Below, piece by piece: positions 10,424-19,890 of a stretch of 64,000 nt of DNA. Position numbers and translations under genes: made by a program. The notes beneath the pieces are model-generated. The model worked only from the letters and a program-made list of their open reading frames with translations. It did no database searches and was not told the origin of the DNA. This DNA is from an uncultured Alphaproteobacteria bacterium. Its GTDB lineage: Bacteria > Pseudomonadota > Alphaproteobacteria > Rhodobacterales > Rhodobacteraceae. Each line of letters starts with the position of its first letter. Within the stretch, counting starts at the first letter, position 1. The stretch lies in assembly GCA_963739575.1 (NCBI GenBank), contig CAVUAQ010000005.1, forward strand, positions 55,507 to 119,506. The letters run 5' to 3'.

Positions 10424-11344
10424 TCACGCGTCGCGCCCCAGCATGGCGCAGGTTTCGCGGTATTCGCGCACCAGCCGGGCGCACAGCTCCGCCGCCGGCA
10501 GGATGTCGTCGATCGCCGCGGCGCCGTGCCCGGCCGACCAGATCGTCTTCCACGCGCGCGCCTCGCTGCCCATGTCCATCGGTCCGTGATCCGGCAGATT
10601 GTCGGGATCAAGGCCCGCTATCTCGATCGAGGCGCGCATGAAATTGGCGTTCACGCCCGAGATCCGCGGCGTGTAGACGATGTCGCCGGTCTTCGAATCG
10701 AGCACCATCTGCTTGTTCTCTGCCGTGGCCATCAACTCCTCGGTGGCGATGAACCGGGTGCCCAGATAGGCCAGATCGGCGCCCAGGGCGCGGGCTGCGG
10801 CGACATGCGCACCGGTGGAAATGGCGCCCGACAGGACGATCGTGCCGTCGAAGAACGAACGGATCTCCGGCACGAAGCCGAAGGGCGACAGGGTGCCGCC
10901 ATGACCTCCCGCCCCGGCGCAGACGGCGATCAGCCCGTCGACCCCCGCCTCGACCGCCTTTTCGGCGTGGCGGATCTTGATCACGTCGTGAAAGATGCGC
11001 CCGCCATAAGAATGGACCGCGTCGACCACCTCCTTCACCGCGCCGAGCGAGGTGATGACGAGCGGCACCTTGTGCTTCACGCAGAGCGCGAGGTCGGGCT
11101 CCACGCGCCGGTTCGAGGCATGCACGATCAGGTTGACGCCGTAGGGCGCGGCGCCCTCCGCCCCGTCGAGGCGCTGCTCGATCTCCGCGAGCCAGTCGCC
11201 GAACCCCTCGCTGGTGCGCTGGTTCAGCGCCGGGAACGCGCCCAAGACGCCCGACCGACAGCATTCCACCACCAGATCGGGCCCCGATGTCAGGAACATC
11301 GGCGCCGCGATGGCGGGAAGCTTCAGGGTCTCGAACGGCTGCAT
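10424..11344 (-). CDS. Nitronate monooxygenase / FabK-like flavoprotein
   Basis: IAAPMF, GAGGHGG, GTRFIAT, WSAGHG. Confidence 0.88.
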   Translation of the reverse strand: MQPFETLKLPAIAAPMFLTSGPDLVVECCRSGVLGAFPALNQRTSEGFGDWLAEIEQRLDGAEGAAPYGVNLIVHASNRRVEPDLALCVKHKVPLVITSLGAVKEVVDAVHSYGGRIFHDVIKIRHAEKAVEAGVDGLIAVCAGAGGHGGTLSPFGFVPEIRSFFDGTIVLSGAISTGAHVAAARALGADLAYLGTRFIATEELMATAENKQMVLDSKTGDIVYTPRISGVNANFMRASIEIAGLDPDNLPDHGPMDMGSEARAWKTIWSAGHGAAAIDDILPAAELCARLVREYRETCAMLGRDA

Positions 11345-11416
11345 GGCGGTCTCCGGGCTGACGCGCCGCCATCTAGGCGGCTCGGAGCCAAAAGGCCAAG
11401 CCGAACGCGGCGGCAG

Positions 11417-12241
11417 TCAGTCGTCCCAGTCGGGCGCCATGCCGGCGGGGCTGATCTGCCGGCCGTCGGCGCGCGCCAGCCCGTCGATCCGCGCCACCTC
11501 CTCCTGTGACAAGGTGACCTCGGCGGCGGCGAGGTTGTCCGCCAGCCGCTCCGTCTTCGCGGTCTTGGGAATGGCGATGCCGCCCTTGGCGAGGATCCAG
11601 GCCACCGAGACCTGCGCCGGGCTCGCGTCATGGGCCGCGGCGATCTCCGCCAGTGTCTCGTCCTCCATCACCTTGCCGCGGGCGAGCGGCGCATAGGCTT
11701 CGAGCGGAATGTCCTTCTCGGCAATCGCCGCGACCAGCTTCGACTGCTGGATGAAGGGGTGGTATTCGACCTGGTTGGTCGCGATCGGGTGACGCATGGC
11801 CTTCGAGGCCTTCTCCAGCAGGTCGATCGTGAAGTTCGACACGCCGCCGAAGCGCACGTGGCCCGCCTCGATCAGCTCGTCGAGCACCCCCAGGGTGTGG
11901 GTCAGCGGCACCTCCTTCGACGGCCAGTGCAGCAGCAGCAGGTCGATATAGTCGGTGCCGAGCCGGTCGAGCGAGGCTTGCGCCGCCTTCCGGAACGCCT
12001 CCGGCTCATGCTGGTCGGGCATGATCTTCGTCGTCACGAAGACCTCGCTGCGCGGCACCGCCGCATCGCGCAGGCCCTGTCCCACGGCCTCCTCGTTGCC
12101 ATAGGCCTGGGCGGTGTCGATGTGGCGGTAGCCCTCCGCCAGGGCCGCGCGCACGATCTCGGCGGTTACGCTCGGGTCGGTCTTGAAGGTGCCGAGGCCG
12201 AGCGAGGGGATCCCGGCGGGACCGATTGGGGTGACGGGCAT
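11417..12241 (-). CDS. Aldo/keto reductase, DkgA/B-like
   Basis: C-terminal part of ORF 11417..16222: LGLGT, IDTAQAYGNE, LLHWP, GVSNF. Confidence 0.92.
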   Translation of the reverse strand: MPVTPIGPAGIPSLGLGTFKTDPSVTAEIVRAALAEGYRHIDTAQAYGNEEAVGQGLRDAAVPRSEVFVTTKIMPDQHEPEAFRKAAQASLDRLGTDYIDLLLLHWPSKEVPLTHTLGVLDELIEAGHVRFGGVSNFTIDLLEKASKAMRHPIATNQVEYHPFIQQSKLVAAIAEKDIPLEAYAPLARGKVMEDETLAEIAAAHDASPAQVSVAWILAKGGIAIPKTAKTERLADNLAAAEVTLSQEEVARIDGLARADGRQISPAGMAPDWDD

Positions 12242-12397
12242 GTCTGTCTCCTGTAGCGTGTTCGGCGCTGCAACGCGCAGGCCGGGCCCCTGGTTCGCTC
12301 GGGCGGCCCGCGACGCAAGGCCCCGAAGCGCAGGGCCGGGATTAACAAACCGGCAATTTGCGCTAAGGTCGGTACGACCCACAGAGAGGATCAAGAG

Positions 12398-15300
12398 ATG
12401 CCACGCGATGCGACCCTGCCGCCGGCGGTTCTGCCGATCTCGCCCTATCCCGATGCCGACGAGGTGCTCGACCGGCTGGTCGCCGAAGCCGATCTGACGA
12501 AGGCGGAACGCAAGGAGATCTCCGCCCGTGCCGTCGATCTGGTCAAGCGCATCCGCAAGGCCGGCGATCCGGGATTGATGGAGGTGTTCCTCGCCGAATA
12601 CGGCCTCTCGACGGAGGAAGGCATCGCGCTCATGTGTCTCGCCGAGGCGCTCTTGCGGGTGCCCGACGCGCAGACCATCGACGAGCTCATCGAGGACAAG
12701 ATCGCGCCCGGCCAGTGGGGCTCGCATCTGGGCCATTCCTCCTCCTCCCTGGTCAACGCCTCGACCTGGGCGCTGATGTTCACCGGACGGGTGCTCGAAG
12801 AGGACGACAATCGGCCGCTGAAGGCGCTGCGCGGCGTCATGAAGCGCTTGGGCGAGCCGGTGATCCGCAACGCCACGGGTCAGGCGATGCGCGTCATGGG
12901 TCGGCAGTTCGTGCTGGGCGAGACCATGGACAAGGCGATGGAGCGCGCCAAGAAGCAGGAGGAAAAGGGCTATACCTATTCCTACGACATGCTGGGCGAG
13001 GCGGCGCGCACCTACGAGGATGCCGAGCGCTACCGCAAGGCCTATGACGGCGCGATCGAGAAGATGTCGAAGCGCGCCACCAAGGGCGATGTCGCGACCA
13101 ATCCCGGCATCTCGGTGAAGTTCTCCGCGCTCCATCCGCGCTACGAGATGGCCCAGCACGACCGGGTCATGGACGAGCTGGTGCCGATCGTGAAGGACCT
13201 CGCGGCCAAGGCCGCCAAGCTCAAGATCGGCTTCAACGTCGATGCCGAGGAACAGGACCGCCTGACGCTCTCGCTCGAGGTGATCGAGAAGGTGCTCGAG
13301 GACGAGCGCCTGGCCGGCTGGGACGGCTTCGGCGTGGTCGTGCAGGCCTTCGGGCCGCGCTGCGGCTCGGTGATCGACTGGATCGCCGACACCGCCGGAC
13401 GGCTCGACCGCAAGCTCATGGTGCGGCTCGTCAAGGGCGCCTACTGGGACACCGAGATCAAGCTGACGCAGCAGGAGGGGCTGCCGCGCTTCCCGGTCTT
13501 CTCCCGCAAGCCCGCCTCCGATGTGAGCTTCATCGCCAATGCCCGCAAGCTGCTGAAGCACCGCGACCGGATCTATCCGCAATTCGCCACCCACAACGCC
13601 CACACCGTCGCGGCCGTGCTGCACATGGTCGAGGACATGGACGTCTCGGCCGACGAGTTCGAGTTCCAGCGCCTGCACGGCATGGGCGAGGTGCTGCACA
13701 CCATGGTGATGGAGGATCACGGCACCCGCTGCCGGATCTACGCGCCTGTGGGCGCGCACCGCGACCTTCTGGCCTATCTGGTGCGCAGGCTTCTGGAGAA
13801 CGGCGCCAATTCGAGCTTCGTCAACCAGATCGTCGACAAGGAGGTGCCGCCCGAGCGGGTCGCCGAGGACCCGTTCGAGGCGCTGGGCTACGTGCCGCAG
13901 GTCACCCGCGGCCCCGACATCTTCAAGCCGCTGCGGGAGAATTCCCGCGGCTGGGACCTGACGGCGGTCGCCCATCTCGACGAGATCGAGACCCAGCGCG
14001 AACCGTTCCGCACGGCCCGGTTCGAGGCCGGCCCGCTCCTGGCCGGAGAGCCGCAGCCCGAGGACGCAGTCGAGAGGCGCAACCCCTCCGATCCGGGGGA
14101 CATCGTCGGCACGACCCGCTTCGCCTCGACCGCAGATGTCGACACGGCGCTGACGGCGGCGCGCACCTGGACCGCCGACAAGGACGAGCGTTCCCGCATC
14201 CTCAAGGCCGCAGCCCGGCACTACGAGGAGAATTTCGGTGAGATCTTCGCGGTTCTCGCGCGGGAGGCGGGCAAGACCCTTCCCGACGCCGTGGCCGAGC
14301 TGCGCGAGGCGGTCGATTTCCTGCTCTACTACGCCGAGGAGCTGCAGAAGCTCGAGGGCGAGCCCCTGGGCCGCTTCGTCTGCATCAGCCCGTGGAACTT
14401 CCCGCTCGCCATCTTCACCGGCCAGATCGCCGCGGCGCTCGCCGCTGGCAACGCGGTGCTGGCCAAGCCGGCCGAACAGACGCCGCTCATCGCCCATGTC
14501 GGCGCCCGGCTGATGCACGAGGCCGGCGTGCCGCGCGAGGTGCTGCAGCTCCTGCCGGGCGGCGGCGAAGTGGGCGCGGCGCTGACCTCCGACAGCCGGA
14601 TCGACGGCGCCGCCTTCACGGGCTCGACCGAGACGGCGCGCAAGATCAAGAAGGCGATGGCCGAGAATTGCCATCCCGGCGCGCCGCTCATCGCCGAGAC
14701 CGGCGGCCTCAACGCGATGATCGTCGATTCGACCGCGCTGCCCGAACAGGCGGTGCGCGACATCCTGCAATCGGCGTTCCAGTCGGCCGGACAGCGCTGC
14801 TCTGCCTGCCGCTGCCTTTACGTGCAGGAAGATATCGCCGACGGCTTCATCGAGATGCTGAAGGGCGCGATGGACGCCTTCCGCCCCGCCGATCCGTGGT
14901 CGATCGCCTCCGATAGCGGCCCGCTCATCGACGAGGAGGCGCACGAGGCGATCGCCGCCTACGTGGAGAAGGCGCGCCAGGACGGCCGCCTGATCCACCA
15001 GATCGACGCGCCCGACCAGGGCCACTTCCTTGCCCCGGCGCTGGTGCGGGTGAACGGCATCGGCGAGATCGAGAAGGAGGTGTTCGGGCCCGTCCTGCAC
15101 GTCGCGACCTTCAAGGCGAAGAACATCGACAAGGTGATCAACGCCATCAACGGCAAGGGCTACGGGCTGACCTTCGGGCTGCATACCCGCATCGACGACC
15201 GCGTGCAGCACGTCACCGACAGGATCCACGCCGGCAATCTCTATGTGAACCGCAACCAGATCGGCGCCATCGTCGCCTCGCAACCCTTCGGCGGCGAGGG

Positions 15301-15814
15301 ACTGTCGGGAACCGGGCCGAAGGCCGGCGGCCCGTTCTACGTGCCGCGATTCCAGACCCCGGTCGCCCCGGACGCCGCACCGCAGACGCCGATCGACCTG
15401 CCCGGCCCCACCGGCGAGTCGAACCGCCTGCACCTCGTGCCGCGCCCCGAGGTCCTGTGCCTCGGCCCGACCGACGCAGACCGCGCCGCCCAGAAGAAGG
15501 CCGTGGAGCGGCTGGGCGGCCTCGCGCGCGAGGCCGCCGGGCATGTGGACCTTGCCACCGAGCCGGAATTCGGCGCCGCCATCTGGTGGGGCGACGAGGA
15601 GCAGGCCCGCATCTACGCCAAGCAGCTCGCCAACCGCGCCGGCCCGCTTCTGCGGCTGGTGACGGGGGCAGTCACCGTGCCAGATGTCCTGCACGAGCGC
15701 CACCTCTGCGTCGACACGACCGCCTCGGGCGGCAACGCCCAGCTTCTGGCCGAGGCGGCTCGCGACGACCCCCGCAGCCGCGGCGAGGCTCCGGCCCGCG
15801 CGCAGGGCGGCTGA
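12398..15814 (+). CDS. putA: Bifunctional proline dehydrogenase / P5C dehydrogenase
   Basis: SYDMLGEAA, RLVKGAYWD, YLVRRLLENGANSSF, ETGG, SAGQRCSA. Confidence 0.98.
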   Translation: MPRDATLPPAVLPISPYPDADEVLDRLVAEADLTKAERKEISARAVDLVKRIRKAGDPGLMEVFLAEYGLSTEEGIALMCLAEALLRVPDAQTIDELIEDKIAPGQWGSHLGHSSSSLVNASTWALMFTGRVLEEDDNRPLKALRGVMKRLGEPVIRNATGQAMRVMGRQFVLGETMDKAMERAKKQEEKGYTYSYDMLGEAARTYEDAERYRKAYDGAIEKMSKRATKGDVATNPGISVKFSALHPRYEMAQHDRVMDELVPIVKDLAAKAAKLKIGFNVDAEEQDRLTLSLEVIEKVLEDERLAGWDGFGVVVQAFGPRCGSVIDWIADTAGRLDRKLMVRLVKGAYWDTEIKLTQQEGLPRFPVFSRKPASDVSFIANARKLLKHRDRIYPQFATHNAHTVAAVLHMVEDMDVSADEFEFQRLHGMGEVLHTMVMEDHGTRCRIYAPVGAHRDLLAYLVRRLLENGANSSFVNQIVDKEVPPERVAEDPFEALGYVPQVTRGPDIFKPLRENSRGWDLTAVAHLDEIETQREPFRTARFEAGPLLAGEPQPEDAVERRNPSDPGDIVGTTRFASTADVDTALTAARTWTADKDERSRILKAAARHYEENFGEIFAVLAREAGKTLPDAVAELREAVDFLLYYAEELQKLEGEPLGRFVCISPWNFPLAIFTGQIAAALAAGNAVLAKPAEQTPLIAHVGARLMHEAGVPREVLQLLPGGGEVGAALTSDSRIDGAAFTGSTETARKIKKAMAENCHPGAPLIAETGGLNAMIVDSTALPEQAVRDILQSAFQSAGQRCSACRCLYVQEDIADGFIEMLKGAMDAFRPADPWSIASDSGPLIDEEAHEAIAAYVEKARQDGRLIHQIDAPDQGHFLAPALVRVNGIGEIEKEVFGPVLHVATFKAKNIDKVINAINGKGYGLTFGLHTRIDDRVQHVTDRIHAGNLYVNRNQIGAIVASQPFGGEGLSGTGPKAGGPFYVPRFQTPVAPDAAPQTPIDLPGPTGESNRLHLVPRPEVLCLGPTDADRAAQKKAVERLGGLAREAAGHVDLATEPEFGAAIWWGDEEQARIYAKQLANRAGPLLRLVTGAVTVPDVLHERHLCVDTTASGGNAQLLAEAARDDPRSRGEAPARAQGG

Positions 15815-15833
15815 GCCCCCCTGGCGGCACGGC

Positions 15834-15968
15834 GCGGCGGATGGTCTGCGCCGCGCCGCCGCGGCGGATGGTCTGCGCCGCGCCGCCGCGGCGGATGGTC
15901 TGCGCCGCGCCGCCGCCGCGGATGGTCTGCGCCGCGCCGCCGCCGCGGATGGTCCGCGCCGCGCCGCC
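15834..15968. repeat. 27-bp VNTR, five copies
   Basis: GCGGCGGATGGTCTGCGCCGCGCCGCC x3, then two GCCGCGG-variant copies; no spacers. Confidence 0.95.
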
Positions 15969-16018
15969 GCACGGCCCGCGCGCTTGATTGACGGCGCGCA
16001 CGGCGCCATCTCTCCTCC

Positions 16019-16801
16019 ATGTTCCCCATTCGCGACCACAATCCCTCGCGGACGACGCCCGTCGTCACGCTGGCGCTCATCGCGGCGAACGTGGTCGTGT
16101 TCCTTGCGACATCGGGTCTCGTCAACGATCCGCGCTTTCTGGCGGACTGGGCGCTGATCCCCGCCTTGTCGCGCCCCGAGACCTTCGTCACCTCGCAATT
16201 CCTGCATGGCGGGCCGCTGCATCTGGCCGGCAACATGCTCTTCCTGTGGGTGTTCGGGGACAATCTGGAGGATCGGATGGGGCGGCTACCCTTTCTCGGC
16301 TTCTACCTCCTCTCCGGCATCGCCGCCGCGATCGCTCAGGCGCTGCCGGATCCCGGCTCGACGATCCCGATGGTCGGCGCGTCGGGTGCCATCGCCGGCG
16401 TCATGGGCGGCTATCTGCTGCTCTTCCCCCGGGCGCGGATCGACATCATGGTGATCCTGATCGTCTTTTTCAGGATCATCCCGGTCCCGGCCTGGCTGGT
16501 CCTGGCGGTGTGGTTCGGGCTTCAGATCCTGTCGGGCGTCAACACGCCCGTGGACACGGGCGGCGTCGCCTACTTGGCCCATGCGGGCGGCTTCGCCGCC
16601 GGCCTCGTCATGGCCCTGCCGCTCTGGATCAGGCTCGGCGGGCCGAGCTTCTGGCGCCGCGCCGACGGCCAGCCCGCGCATCCGCGGGTGGCCCGGCGCG
16701 AGCGCACCGTGGCGCCGCAGCAGAACCCGTGGGCCCGCCCGGGCGAGATCAGGCCCGTCGAGCGTCCCTCCCCGATCCCCAGATCCGGACACCGCCGGTA
16801 A
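16019..16801 (+). CDS. Rhomboid intramembrane serine protease
   Basis: HLAGNM, GASG (catalytic Ser), AHAGG (catalytic His). Confidence 0.93.
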   Translation: MFPIRDHNPSRTTPVVTLALIAANVVVFLATSGLVNDPRFLADWALIPALSRPETFVTSQFLHGGPLHLAGNMLFLWVFGDNLEDRMGRLPFLGFYLLSGIAAAIAQALPDPGSTIPMVGASGAIAGVMGGYLLLFPRARIDIMVILIVFFRIIPVPAWLVLAVWFGLQILSGVNTPVDTGGVAYLAHAGGFAAGLVMALPLWIRLGGPSFWRRADGQPAHPRVARRERTVAPQQNPWARPGEIRPVERPSPIPRSGHRR

Positions 16802-16924
16802 CTCTCCGGCCCGCCTCGCCTGCTGGAGCCGGCGGTAAGGTTCCTGCCGCCCTGCTCGCGGGGAACAGGCGCGGCTGCACGCCCCGGTCGCGGCGATTCA
16901 GCACGTCGCCCGCGCCGCTGCGCC

Positions 16925-17710
16925 TCAGGAGTCGCGCAGGAGCTTGGCGAAACTCTCGAAGATGGCGCCGTTCGACGCGACGACGGTCTGCGAGCCGAAC
17001 ACGTCGTCGCCCGACAGCGGCTCGACGAGGCCGCCCGCCTCGCGCACGATGACGAGCCCGGCCGCGCCGGCCCATGGCTCGACGCGCCGCTCCCAATACC
17101 CGTCGAAGCGGCCGGCCGCGACCCAGGCGAGATCGAGCGAGGCCGCCCCGAGCCGCCGCGCCCCGGCCACCGCCGGCAGCAGCCGCCCCAGATCCTTCAG
17201 CGTCAGCGGCAGGTCGGAGCGCCCGCCTGCCGGCAGACCGGTGGCGAACAGGCCCTCGATCAGCCGGTGGCGTCCCGACACGCGCAGCCGCATGTCGTTC
17301 ATGAAGGCGCCCGAGCCCTTCTCCGCGCGGAAGAGTTCGTCCTTGGCGACGTCGAAGACGACCCCGGCGACGATCTCTCCCTTGTGCTCCAGCGCGATCG
17401 ACACCGCCCAGTGCGGCAGCCCGTGCAGGAAGTTCTCCATCCCGTCGAGCGGCGCCACGATCCAGCGCCGCGTCGGGTCGGTGCCCGGCACCTCCTCGCG
17501 CGCGCCGCCGAGCCAGCCGTAATTGGGCCGCTCCGTCGTCAGGATGTCGCGGATCGTCTGTTCGGCGGCGATCTCGGCGCGAGTGGCGAAATCCCCCGCC
17601 CCCCTGACGCTGACCTGCAGGTTCTCGACCTCGCGGAAGTCGCGCACCAGCTTGCGCGCCGCCGCCCGCGCGGCCTTCACCATGACGTTGAGGTTGGCAC
17701 TGCCCTGCAT
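16925..17710 (-). CDS. suhB: SuhB / inositol monophosphatase family protein with degenerate active site
   Basis: MQGSANLNVMVKAAR, NFLHGLPHWAVSI, RRLGAASLDLAWVAAGR, IVREAGG; DPLDGT appears as APLDGM. Confidence 0.9.
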   Translation of the reverse strand: MQGSANLNVMVKAARAAARKLVRDFREVENLQVSVRGAGDFATRAEIAAEQTIRDILTTERPNYGWLGGAREEVPGTDPTRRWIVAPLDGMENFLHGLPHWAVSIALEHKGEIVAGVVFDVAKDELFRAEKGSGAFMNDMRLRVSGRHRLIEGLFATGLPAGGRSDLPLTLKDLGRLLPAVAGARRLGAASLDLAWVAAGRFDGYWERRVEPWAGAAGLVIVREAGGLVEPLSGDDVFGSQTVVASNGAIFESFAKLLRDS

Positions 17711-17929
17711 GCTCGGCGCTCCTTCGGTCCGGACCCGGCCTATAGGCGGCGCGGCCGCCAATTCCAAGCCGTGACCTGGCCATCTACTGCCTGCCCAGCC
17801 AGGCATGCGCCGGGCAAGCGGGCGTCACGCCGGCCCGCCGGAAGGGCCACTTGCCGCCCACGCGCCGCGCCCGACCCTCTTGTTGGGCACGCCGGGATGC
17901 GGCGGCGACCCTGCTCCGCAAGGAGCCCC

Positions 17930-18751
17930 CTAGTCCTCCAGATGGATCTCCGGCACGAAGGTCTGGGTCTCCAACGGCGGGCGGACATAGTCCTCCTGCA
18001 CGGGCCTCTCCTCCAACTGCATCGGCGGCGGCGTCAGATCCTCGTAGGGCACCATGGAGAGCAGGTGGCTGATGCAGTTCAGCCGGGCGTGCTTCTTCAC
18101 GTCCGAATTCACCACGTACCACGGCGCCTCCGGGATGTCGGTATGGGCGAACATGGTGTCCTTGGCGCGGCTGTAGGCGACCCAGCGGTTCCGGCTTTCC
18201 AGGTCCATGGGGCTCAGCTTCCAGCGCTTTGTCGGATCGGCGATGCGCTTGCGGAACCGGCGCTCCTGTTCGTCGTCGCTGACAGAGAACCAGTACTTGA
18301 TCAGCTGGATGCCGGAGCGGACCAGCATCCGCTCGAATTCGGGACAGCTGAGCAGGAAGTCCTGGTATTCCTCCTCGGTGCAGAACCCCATCACGCGCTC
18401 GACGCCGGCACGGTTGTACCAGGAGCGGTCAAAGATCGTCATCTCGCCGCCAGCCGGAAGATGCGCCACGTAGCGCTGGAAATACCACTGGCTGCGCTCC
18501 CGTTCCGTCGGCGCGGGAAGAGCGGCAATCGAGGCGATGCGCGGGTTCAGCGGCTCGGTGATCCTCTTGATCGTGCCACCCTTGCCGGCGGCGTCCCGGC
18601 CCTCGAAGACGACCACCAGGCGATGACCGGTGGCCTTGATCCATTCCTGCATCTTCACCAGCTCGACCTCCAGCAGGGCGAGCTTTTTCTCGTACTGCTT
18701 GGTCGGGATCTTCGGCTCGCGCCCTGCGGTGACGTCCGGTGCGTTCTTCAT
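17930..18751 (-). CDS. ppk2: Polyphosphate kinase 2
   Basis: FEGRDAAGKGG, WYFQRY, FDRSWYNR, WKLSPMD. Confidence 0.96.
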   Translation of the reverse strand: MKNAPDVTAGREPKIPTKQYEKKLALLEVELVKMQEWIKATGHRLVVVFEGRDAAGKGGTIKRITEPLNPRIASIAALPAPTERERSQWYFQRYVAHLPAGGEMTIFDRSWYNRAGVERVMGFCTEEEYQDFLLSCPEFERMLVRSGIQLIKYWFSVSDDEQERRFRKRIADPTKRWKLSPMDLESRNRWVAYSRAKDTMFAHTDIPEAPWYVVNSDVKKHARLNCISHLLSMVPYEDLTPPPMQLEERPVQEDYVRPPLETQTFVPEIHLED

Positions 18752-18886
18752 GGCTGCTCCTCCCGGTCCGGCTGGCCTGCCGCATGAAGCACGAGGGTCG
18801 CCGATTCCCGCCCTGATGTTAAGACGTCTGCAGGCGCAGACGCTCTCCGGCAGCCGAGCCGGCCCGACCGGCCATCGCCTCGCCGC

Positions 18887-19792
18887 CTAGCGCCGCATCA
18901 GCTTCAGCGGTTCGGTCCGTGCGAGCTTCAGCACATGCGCCATGAAGGGCAGCTCGGTCTCGCCGCTGCGGGTCGCGGCATAGAGCCGGCGCGTCAGGCC
19001 CGCCGCGGTCAGGGGCCGCGTGACGTAATCCGAGCGCAGGCGGATGTCGCGCACCACCCAGTCGGGCAGCACCGCCACGCCGCGCTGCGAGGCGACGAGG
19101 ATCAGGATCATCGCCGTCAGCTCGACCTGCCGGATCGCGGCGGGGCTCACGCCGGCGGGGATCAGAAGCTCGGTGAAGACGTCGAGCCGCTCGCGGGGGA
19201 CGGGATAGGTGATGAGCGTCTCGCCGGCGAAATCCGCCGCCTCCACGAACGGTTTCGCCGCGAGCGGATGCACCGAGGCGGCGACGAACACCGGCTCGTA
19301 ATCGAAGAGCGGCGTGAAGCTCACACCCGCCAGATCCTCGGGATCCGACGAGATCACCAGATCCACCTCCTCCCGCACCAGCGCCGGCAGCGCCCCGAAG
19401 GCGAGGCCGGGCCGGATGTCGACATCCACCTCCGGCCAGGCGCGCCGGAACTGCTCGAGGACCAGAAACAGCCATTCGAAGCAGGCATGGCATTCGATCG
19501 CGATGTGCAGCCGCCCCGCCCGGCCCGCGATGAGGCCCGCGAATTCCGCCTCGATGGCCGCGACTTCGGGCAGGATGCGCTCCGCCGCGCCCAGAAGCTT
19601 GAGCCCCGCCGCCGACAGCTTCAGCGGCTTCGAGCGGCGCACGAACAGCTCGACCCCGGTCTGGTCCTCGAGATTCTTCACCTGATGACTGAGCGCCGAT
19701 TGGGTGATATTCAGCCGATCCGCGGCGCGCGCCAGCCCGCCCTCGTCATGGATGGCCTTGATGGTGCGCAGGTGGCGGAATTCGAGATGCAT
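18887..19792 (-). CDS. metR: LysR regulator MetR
   Basis: LysR HTH TQSALSHQ, IAIECHACFEWL; divergent from metF. Confidence 0.92.
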   Translation of the reverse strand: MHLEFRHLRTIKAIHDEGGLARAADRLNITQSALSHQVKNLEDQTGVELFVRRSKPLKLSAAGLKLLGAAERILPEVAAIEAEFAGLIAGRAGRLHIAIECHACFEWLFLVLEQFRRAWPEVDVDIRPGLAFGALPALVREEVDLVISSDPEDLAGVSFTPLFDYEPVFVAASVHPLAAKPFVEAADFAGETLITYPVPRERLDVFTELLIPAGVSPAAIRQVELTAMILILVASQRGVAVLPDWVVRDIRLRSDYVTRPLTAAGLTRRLYAATRSGETELPFMAHVLKLARTEPLKLMRR

Positions 19793-19826
19793 CTTCGGAC
19801 GGAACTCATGATGATGTTCAGAATTA

Positions 19827-19839
19827 TGAATTTGTCTCA
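19827..19839 (+). promoter_or_regulatory. Probable MetR box
   Basis: TGAATTTGTCTCA resembles TGAA-N5-TTCA and lies in the metR/metF intergenic region. Confidence 0.6.
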
Positions 19840-19890
19840 CATGCCCCGGTATGGGACAAGCACCCAACCGCAGCCGCAGGACGCCCGGAC

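Noticed and set aside
15834-15968. Possible CRISPR array
   Set aside because: The units are directly adjacent with no unique spacers, and there are no cas genes in the window.
11417-16222. 1601-aa ORF as a giant fusion protein
   Set aside because: Only the last 274 aa are the AKR; the rest is the antisense shadow of putA, typical of high-GC codon bias.
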